Part shown: positions 57,612 through 64,000 of the stretch, piece by piece | How the letters are laid out: every line of letters begins with the position of its first letter | Position numbering within the stretch: the stretch's first letter is position 1 | Assembly (NCBI GenBank): GCA_944324965.1 | Contig: CALUYH010000001.1 | Location: 42,816 to 106,815 of the forward strand | DNA from: Candidatus Avelusimicrobium gallinaceum | GTDB taxonomy: Bacteria > Elusimicrobiota > Elusimicrobia > Elusimicrobiales > Elusimicrobiaceae | DNA length: 64,000 nucleotides | Reading direction: 5' to 3' | Translations under genes and position numbers: made by a program | The notes under the pieces: generated by a model | The model's database searches: none | The model's input: only the letters and a program-made list of their open reading frames with translations | What the model was told of the DNA's origin: nothing

Positions 57612-58901
57612 TTATTGGTTACACTTTTCCTGCATAATGTCCACAATCATCGGGTCCACTTTGCTCATCCCGATGCTGGAAATGGAACCCAGGTTCTGGA
57701 TGGTTTCTTCGGCGGTTCTGCCGACAAATCCTTCCACTTCGGTAATGCCGTAATCGTGCATGGCCATATAGGCGGCGCGGATAGCTGCGTCCGTAGAGCT
57801 GACCACTTTTAAGGCGCACCCGCTTTTGGCGCCGTCGCACAGCATACCGCCGATGTCGCTGATGATGTTGTTGATGGCCAACGTTACGGCCGGCACGCAT
57901 TTGCCGCGCTGTTGGTACACAATCGCGGCCGACGCACCCACCCCGGCCGCAATCGCGCAGCCGCAAATGGGGGCCAGTTCGCCGGTGAACACTTTTACGT
58001 AGCCGTTTAACAGGTGGGAAAGGGCGATGCTTTTTAAAATGGTTTTTTCGTCCACTTCCATTTCCTTGCCCACTTTCCAGGGTACCAGAATGGTCACCAC
58101 GCCCTGGTTGCCCGATTCACCGCTGGCCATCACGGGCACGGCCTGGCCGTCCATGCGGGCGTCCGCCGCGCAGGCGGTCAAAATTTTGGTGGAAGAAATC
58201 AAATCCATTTGCAGCAGTTTCTTGCGCACCAGTTCCTTAATATAAAAGCCCACTTTTTGTAAGGCTTGGCCCATTTCGGCCGCTTTCAAATTCATTTCCA
58301 CGCCTTTTTTGATATAGGCCAAATCGGCTTCGTCGGCGTTGTCGGCCGCGTCCAGCAAGTCTTGCAAGGTGGCCTTTTTAAGAGCTTTTTTAAAATCCTG
58401 CGCGCCTTGGGAATGGTCCGTTAAGGGCAGGCGGTTTATTTTTACTTCGTTTCCGCGGGATAAGTACACCACGTCGGTGTGGCTGCCGGCAATAATACAC
58501 TTGGCTTTTTGGCCGCTTACGCCGGTGAGTTCGGTTTCAATATAAAAACCGTGCACCTCGGGCGCTACTTCCATATGCACTTGGTGCCGGGCCAGCATTT
58601 CTTTGGCGGCGGAAACGATTTTTTTGTCCGCTCCGCCCAAAATTTCCATATTCAGTTCCGGCTTGGCCAACAGAATCCCCATTGCCGCGGCCAGCAGGTT
58701 GCCTTTTTCCCCGTCCGTATTGGGGATGCGCACCCCCATGCCGTTCTTGTATGTTCCGGCATCCAGCCGGATGTGCGCCTGCGTCGTTTTTTCGCCCAAT
58801 TCCTTGGACGCATACGCCGCACACAAGGCGACGGATACCGGCTCCGTACATCCCATCGCCGGGTAGACTTGGTATTTTAATACTTCTTTTAATAGGTTCA
58901 T
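57612..58901 (-). CDS. L-cysteine desulfidase (CdsA/YhaM family)
   Basis: PAMGCTEP, DARMDG, SGNQG, CGC and CDGAKSGCALK motifs; start overlaps the radC stop. Confidence 0.85.
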   Translation of the reverse strand: MNLLKEVLKYQVYPAMGCTEPVSVALCAAYASKELGEKTTQAHIRLDAGTYKNGMGVRIPNTDGEKGNLLAAAMGILLAKPELNMEILGGADKKIVSAAKEMLARHQVHMEVAPEVHGFYIETELTGVSGQKAKCIIAGSHTDVVYLSRGNEVKINRLPLTDHSQGAQDFKKALKKATLQDLLDAADNADEADLAYIKKGVEMNLKAAEMGQALQKVGFYIKELVRKKLLQMDLISSTKILTACAADARMDGQAVPVMASGESGNQGVVTILVPWKVGKEMEVDEKTILKSIALSHLLNGYVKVFTGELAPICGCAIAAGVGASAAIVYQQRGKCVPAVTLAINNIISDIGGMLCDGAKSGCALKVVSSTDAAIRAAYMAMHDYGITEVEGFVGRTAEETIQNLGSISSIGMSKVDPMIVDIMQEKCNQ

Positions 58902-59587
58902 TCTATTTTCCCGTTGGCTTTCAGGCTGTAATGAGAGCCCTTGCCCACAATAATATGGTCGTGCACGGAAATGCCAAACAGCGCCGCGGCGCGGATGACG
59001 TCTTGCGTGAGGTCTATGTCTTCCTGCGAGGGGGTCGCGTCGCCCGACGGGTGGTTGTGCACCAAAATAATGGCTGCCGCTTTGGCCGCCAAGGCACATT
59101 CCACAATCTTGCGCGGCGATACGGCCACCCGGTCTATCAGACCCGAGGCCACCACCTGCGTGCCCATAATGGTATTGCGTACGGAAAGGTAAATCACTTC
59201 CAGGCATTCTTCCTTTTTGCCTTCCAGCGAGGCTTTGCAATACTCCAGCACCTGTTTGGGGGTGCGGATGGTCACGCGGTCTTTTACTTCGTCCAACGAG
59301 TATTTTTTAAACACGGCCCGGATGAGTTTTAAAAATTGGGCCGTACTTTGCCCCACTCCGGGGACGGATTCCAATTGGGCCGGGTCGGCGTCCAGCACGG
59401 CCGCCAGGGAACCGAACCTTTTTAAAAGGGCCCAGGCAATCGGCTTGGTGTCTTTGCGGGCGATGGCGTACGTCAGCAGGAGTTCCAGCGTTTCGTGGTC
59501 CAAAAAAGAGTCCAACCCTGCCGAAGCGAATTTTTCCCGGATGCGTTGACGGTGCCCAATATAAGACGGCTTGCTGTTTGTTGGCAT
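58898..59587 (-). CDS. radC: RadC (JAB domain) protein
   Basis: GHRQR, LELLL, HNHPSGD..PS.ED and DHII motifs. Confidence 0.92.
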   Translation of the reverse strand: MPTNSKPSYIGHRQRIREKFASAGLDSFLDHETLELLLTYAIARKDTKPIAWALLKRFGSLAAVLDADPAQLESVPGVGQSTAQFLKLIRAVFKKYSLDEVKDRVTIRTPKQVLEYCKASLEGKKEECLEVIYLSVRNTIMGTQVVASGLIDRVAVSPRKIVECALAAKAAAIILVHNHPSGDATPSQEDIDLTQDVIRAAALFGISVHDHIIVGKGSHYSLKANGKIE

Positions 59588-59667
59588 AGTATTTCCTGTT
59601 TTTTATTATACCGTTTTTAATGCTACAATAGGTATAACCAAAACGCCGTACAGAGGGGGATCCATTT

Positions 59668-61038
59668 ATGAAACAAATCGTCGTTATTGGCGGAGGGCCC
59701 GGCGGTTATCCGGCCGCGCTGAAAGCGGCCGCACTGGGGGCCAAAGTAACCCTGGTGGAAAAGAACAAACTGGGGGGCGTGTGCTTAAATTGCGGGTGTA
59801 TTCCTTCCAAATCGCTGTTGGACGCCGCGCACCGCTTTCACACGGCGCGCACGCTGCCGGCCTTGTGTACGGACGGCGCCCAGGCGGCGGCAGAAGCCTT
59901 GTATGCGGCGCGCGCGTGGGACAAAATAAAATCCCGCCAGCAGGCCGCCACCCGCAAGCTGACGCAGGGGATTGCGTTCCTGCTTAAAAAGGCCGGGGTG
60001 GAAGTATTGCAAGGAACCGGGTATTTTGTGGACGAACACACCGTGGGCGTCAAACTGGCGGACGGAACCGAAAAAACCCTGCCGTGTGACGGGGTGATTT
60101 TGGCGGCCGGGTCGGAAGCGTTCTTCCCGGCGCCGTTTGACCGGTTAAAAGACAAAATTTACGATAACTCTACCGTTTTTGAAATGCCCGCCCTGCCGGA
60201 GTCTATGGCGATTATCGGCGGCGGGGTAATCGGGTGCGAAATGGCCGACCTGCTTAACGCGCTGGGGGTAAACGTCAGCGTGGTGGAAATGCAGCCGCGC
60301 ATTTTGCCGCTGGAGGACGAAAACGCCGCGCGCGTGCTTGCCCAGGCGCTTTCCAAACGCGGGGTGACGTTTTACACCGGCTTAAGCGCCACGGATTGCA
60401 CCGCCCGCGAAGGCGGATTTACGCTGACGCTTTCGGACGGGAAAGTGTTGCAAACCCAGGCCGTGTTGGCCGCCATCGGGCGCACGGTGGATTTGAGCGC
60501 CTTGCATATGGAAAACATCGGCGTGGAGTGGAACCGCAAAGGCGTGAAAGTGGACCCGCAGACGCTCCAATTAAAGAACGATATTTATGCGGTGGGGGAC
60601 GTGAACGGCCTGTTCCAACTGGCACACGCCGCCAGCCGCCAGGGCGAAGTGGCCGCCAGCAATTTATGCGGCGTGCCCGCTGTGTACCACAACGAAAGCG
60701 TCCCGCGCGCCATCTACACGTCGCCGGAGATTGCCGCCGTGGGTCTTTCGCGCGCGCAGGCCGAAGCCCAAGGCATCCCCGTCAAAAGCCACAAAGCCTT
60801 TTTGCTTGCCAACGGCCGTGCCGTCGCCCAGGACCAAACCGAAGGGTATTACGAATTGCTCAGCGACGCGCAAACCGGCCGCCTGGTGGGGGCTGTGTTG
60901 GCGGGAGCCGTGGCCACGGAATTGGTACACGCGGTGGCGGTAGCGTTGGCCGCGCAGATGACGGTGGCGCAATTTAAGGAAGTTATTTTTGCCCACCCCA
61001 CATTTGCCGAATCGCTGGGAGAGGCGGCCGCCAAATGA
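59668..61038 (+). CDS. lpdA: Dihydrolipoamide dehydrogenase
   Basis: GGGPGG, GGVCLNCGCIPSK and HPTFAE motifs. Confidence 0.88.
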   Translation: MKQIVVIGGGPGGYPAALKAAALGAKVTLVEKNKLGGVCLNCGCIPSKSLLDAAHRFHTARTLPALCTDGAQAAAEALYAARAWDKIKSRQQAATRKLTQGIAFLLKKAGVEVLQGTGYFVDEHTVGVKLADGTEKTLPCDGVILAAGSEAFFPAPFDRLKDKIYDNSTVFEMPALPESMAIIGGGVIGCEMADLLNALGVNVSVVEMQPRILPLEDENAARVLAQALSKRGVTFYTGLSATDCTAREGGFTLTLSDGKVLQTQAVLAAIGRTVDLSALHMENIGVEWNRKGVKVDPQTLQLKNDIYAVGDVNGLFQLAHAASRQGEVAASNLCGVPAVYHNESVPRAIYTSPEIAAVGLSRAQAEAQGIPVKSHKAFLLANGRAVAQDQTEGYYELLSDAQTGRLVGAVLAGAVATELVHAVAVALAAQMTVAQFKEVIFAHPTFAESLGEAAAK

Positions 61039-61745
61039 AGCAGTTTTGTATTGTGCTCGTCCGCCCGCGCGACCCCAACAACATCGGGGCGTGCGCGCGG
61101 GCGATGGGCAACTTCGGTCTGACGGATTTGCGGGTGGTGGACCCTTATCCGCCCGTCTGGCGCGAAGCTGTCAGCGCGGTGGGTGTGCCCGATATTTTAA
61201 AAAACGCCCGCTCGTGCCACAGCCTGGACGAAGCCCTGCAGGACGCGCACTTTTCTCTGGCGACGACCGCCCTGAAAAACCGCGAAATCAAACAGGAAAT
61301 TATTCCGCTGCCGCACTTAAACGAACGCTTGGCCCAACTGCCGGACGAGCGGTTGGCTATTGTGTTCGGGAACGAAAAAAGCGGCCTTTCCAACGCGGAT
61401 ATTGAACGCTGCGACGCCGTGCTGAACATTCCCACCGCGTCCAAACAGCCGTCTATTAACCTGGCCCAAGCCGTTATTTTAACGTGCTACGAGCTTTCCC
61501 GCCGGCCGGATTTTGCGGCCATCCGCACTTCCGGCCAAGGCCCGCAGCTGCCCACGGACGCCCAAAAAGAAATTTTTATTGCCGCGGCGGATGTGTTGTT
61601 TGAAAAGTCCGGCTTTAAGACGGATTTCTCGTCCGCCCAGCGCAAAGCGCTCCTGCGCCATATGCTGTCGCGCCAGGGGCTTTCGCGCGAGCAATTGTTT
61701 TTCCTTAAAAAATGGGCCGAAAAATTGGCCGCCAAATTGCCGTAA
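61035..61745 (+). CDS. trmJ: TrmJ/LasT family RNA methyltransferase
   Basis: NIGACARAMGNFG, FGNEKSGL and SINLAQAV motifs. Confidence 0.85.
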   Translation: MKQFCIVLVRPRDPNNIGACARAMGNFGLTDLRVVDPYPPVWREAVSAVGVPDILKNARSCHSLDEALQDAHFSLATTALKNREIKQEIIPLPHLNERLAQLPDERLAIVFGNEKSGLSNADIERCDAVLNIPTASKQPSINLAQAVILTCYELSRRPDFAAIRTSGQGPQLPTDAQKEIFIAAADVLFEKSGFKTDFSSAQRKALLRHMLSRQGLSREQLFFLKKWAEKLAAKLP

Positions 61746-61796
61746 ATCCGCGGCGAAAGCGGGGATATTTTGTTAAAATATAGGTAAGGGGGCACT

Positions 61797-62909
61797 ATGG
61801 CTTACAATATCCTAGTTATCAACCCGGGGTCTACCTCGGACGACATCGGCTACTATCGGGGCGATAAACCCGTGTTTGAAGTAACCGTGCGTTATTCCCT
61901 AACCGATTTGGAACCTTACGAAGGCAAAAACGTTACCGAGCAGCTTCCGCTGCGCCGCAAACTTATCCTGGATTACCTGCTGGACCACAAAGTACCTTTA
62001 AAAGAAATTGACGCCGTCATCGGCCGCGGCGGGTTCATCCGCGCGATGGAAGGCGGCGTGTACGCCGTGAACGACCAGATGGTCAGCGATTTGGAAACCG
62101 GCCGCTACGGCGGCATCCACCCCAGCAACCTGGGCGGCATTCTGGCCAAAGAAATCGCCCAGTATGCGGGCTGCCCCAGCTTTATTGCCAACCCGGTGGT
62201 GATTGACGAACTCCAGCCGGTGGCGCGTTATTCGGGCATGCCGGAAAATCCGCGCATTTCCATTTTCCACGCGTTAAGCCAAAAGCGTGTGGCCCGGATG
62301 ATTGCCGAAAAACTGGGCAAAACGTACGAAACGGTCAATTGCGTCGTCTGCCACGGCGGCGGCGGGATTACCGTGGGCGCCCATCGGCAGGGAAAAGTGG
62401 TGGACGTCAATAACGGCTACGAGGGCGACGGCCCGATGACCCCGCAACGCAGCGGCGGCACCCCCAACGCAGGGTTGGTGCAGATGTGCTTTTCGGGCAA
62501 GTATACGCTGCGCGATATGCGCCTGAAACTGCGCGGCAAGGGCGGGCTGGTGGCCTACACGGGCACGTCCGACGTAAAAGATTTGGAAGAATTTATCCGC
62601 ACCGGGGAAAAACGCCCCGGGTCGCTCATCCACTGCACGCGCGAAGAAGCCAAACTGGCCGAAGACGCGATGATTTACCAGATTGCCAAATACATCGGCG
62701 AAATGGCCGTTGTGTTGGAAGGTAAAGTGGACTTTATCGCGCTGACGGGCGGGCTGATGCACAGCAAAACCATTCCGCAGGAAATCAGCCGCTATGTGGG
62801 GTGGATCGCCCCGATATACGTATTCCCGGGCAGCGAAGAAAAAGACGCCCTGCGCGAAGCCGCCGTGCGCGCGCTGGACAACCCCAAAATCGTTAAACAA
62901 TACACCTGA
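61797..62909 (+). CDS. buk: Butyrate kinase
   Basis: INPGSTS, GRGG, SNLGG, FHAL, VDVNN and TGG motifs. Confidence 0.92.
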   Translation: MAYNILVINPGSTSDDIGYYRGDKPVFEVTVRYSLTDLEPYEGKNVTEQLPLRRKLILDYLLDHKVPLKEIDAVIGRGGFIRAMEGGVYAVNDQMVSDLETGRYGGIHPSNLGGILAKEIAQYAGCPSFIANPVVIDELQPVARYSGMPENPRISIFHALSQKRVARMIAEKLGKTYETVNCVVCHGGGGITVGAHRQGKVVDVNNGYEGDGPMTPQRSGGTPNAGLVQMCFSGKYTLRDMRLKLRGKGGLVAYTGTSDVKDLEEFIRTGEKRPGSLIHCTREEAKLAEDAMIYQIAKYIGEMAVVLEGKVDFIALTGGLMHSKTIPQEISRYVGWIAPIYVFPGSEEKDALREAAVRALDNPKIVKQYT

Positions 62910-62941
62910 TTTGCAGTATTACTTAGAGGAGAACCAAACGT

Positions 62942-63859
62942 ATGAAATTCACGAGTTTTGCTGATTTGATTAACCAAGTGAAAGGGAAATCAAACAGAGT
63001 CGTGGTGCCGGGCGCTAACAACAAAGAAGCCCTGACCGCCATCAAAATGGCCGACGAAAACGGCCTTATTTCGCACGGGATTTTAATCGGGCCCTTGGCC
63101 GCGGTGAAAGAAACCGTCGCTCAGGTAGGCCTCAACGAAAGCAAGTTTGAATTTATTGATTGCGAAGACATCCCCACCATGTGCAAACTGGCCGTGGACC
63201 AAATCCTGGCCGGGAAAGGCGATTTCTTAATCAAAGGCTTGGTGGACACCAAGTACTATATGAAAGCCATCTTGAATAAGGAAGCCCACCTGGTGCCGGA
63301 AGGGGCGCTGTTGTCGCACTTTGTGCTGTTCAGCACGCCGAAATACAAAAAGCCCTTTGCCGTAACGGATTCCGCCGTCGTTATCGCGCCGACCTTGGAA
63401 CAAAAGGTAAAAATCATCCAAAACGCGGTAGACACGATGCACAAACTGGGCCTGGAACACCCGAAAGTGGCTTGCGTGTGCCCGGTGGAAAAAGTGAACG
63501 AAAAAATCCCTTCTACCGTGGAAGCGGCCGCCTTGGCGCAGATGAATGCGGAAGGCAAAATCACCGGCTGCACGGTGGAAGGCCCGTACGATTTGTACAT
63601 TTCGCTCTCGCCTGAAAAAGCGGCCGAAAAGGGCATCAAAGGCAAAACCGTCGCCGGCGACGCCGATATTTTGATGCTGCCGGATTTGGACGCCGCCAAC
63701 CCGCTTTACAAAGCGCTTACGTTCTTTGGCGACCATATGGAAGCGGCGGCCGTTTTGGTCGGGCCGAAAATCCCGGTCATTTTGCCGTCCCGCGCCGATG
63801 ACCCCAAAGTCAAGCTCAACGCCATTGCGCTGTGCTCGTATTTGAAAGACGCCAAATAA
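62942..63859 (+). CDS. ptb: Phosphate butyryltransferase/acyltransferase
   Basis: LIKGLVDT, LLSH, VEKVN, GDADIL and SRAD motifs. Confidence 0.88.
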   Translation: MKFTSFADLINQVKGKSNRVVVPGANNKEALTAIKMADENGLISHGILIGPLAAVKETVAQVGLNESKFEFIDCEDIPTMCKLAVDQILAGKGDFLIKGLVDTKYYMKAILNKEAHLVPEGALLSHFVLFSTPKYKKPFAVTDSAVVIAPTLEQKVKIIQNAVDTMHKLGLEHPKVACVCPVEKVNEKIPSTVEAAALAQMNAEGKITGCTVEGPYDLYISLSPEKAAEKGIKGKTVAGDADILMLPDLDAANPLYKALTFFGDHMEAAAVLVGPKIPVILPSRADDPKVKLNAIALCSYLKDAK

Positions 63860-63905
63860 TTCCTGCCGTACAGGGGCGGCTTCGGGCCGCCCCTGCATTC
63901 TGTCT

Positions 63906-64000
63906 ATGAAGAAAACATTTTTAGCTTTTTTGCAGCGCCATTATCGGCGCTATCACGATGTCCTTTTTTACGTACTTACGCTGTGCGTGATTGCGCTTTC
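63906..64000 (+). CDS. Start of a CDS truncated by the window edge
   Basis: MKKTFLAFLQRHY..., open to the end of the window. Confidence 0.5.
   Translation, partial: MKKTFLAFLQRHYRRYHDVLFYVLTLCVIAL

Noticed and set aside
58902-59240. N-terminal extension of the 542-aa ORF
   Set aside because: It overlaps radC in another frame. The desulfidase begins at MNLLKE (58901), with an ATGA overlap on the radC stop.
1-64000. Integron, DGR, CRISPR or prophage as an explanation for pilin diversity
   Set aside because: No integrase, reverse transcriptase, template/variable repeat pair, attC array or spaced direct repeats were seen.

Overview
64 kb of core chromosome from a diderm bacterium, most likely an Elusimicrobiota (Elusimicrobium/Avelusimicrobium-like). 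The taxon is inferred from gene content and the scattered PilE-like genes. The window holds about 50 CDS (pfkA, an ispH fusion, hppA, murB, murI, pgm, psd/pssA, lptFG, buk/ptb and others), tRNA-Asp, tRNA-Leu and tmRNA. I saw no integrase, transposase or CRISPR array. The main signal is four dispersed, stand-alone type IV pilin cassettes that share a 5' module. Three have the promoter TTGACT-CG-poly(T)n-GA-TAAATT-N6-ATG with T-tracts of 9, 12 and 10 nt, which changes the -35/-10 spacer (a candidate slipped-strand phase-variation switch). All four have a TTTTGATAA-N20-TTATCAAAA-type palindrome centred on the start codon and a hairpin in the leader-coding region, which covaries in one copy. The fourth copy lacks the T-tract and carries an in-frame stop. 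Other findings are pervasive leaderless genes; a palindromic motif at a fixed 23-nt spacing upstream of three secreted orphan genes; a protein-glutaminase-like protein; a trypsin-like protease with Cys in place of the catalytic Ser; a SprA/Sov-like giant outer-membrane protein; a pseudo-phosphatase that has lost its metal ligands; an RDD-pilin fusion; and a receptor-topology Ser/Thr kinase. All family calls are from motif recognition by eye, not database searches.
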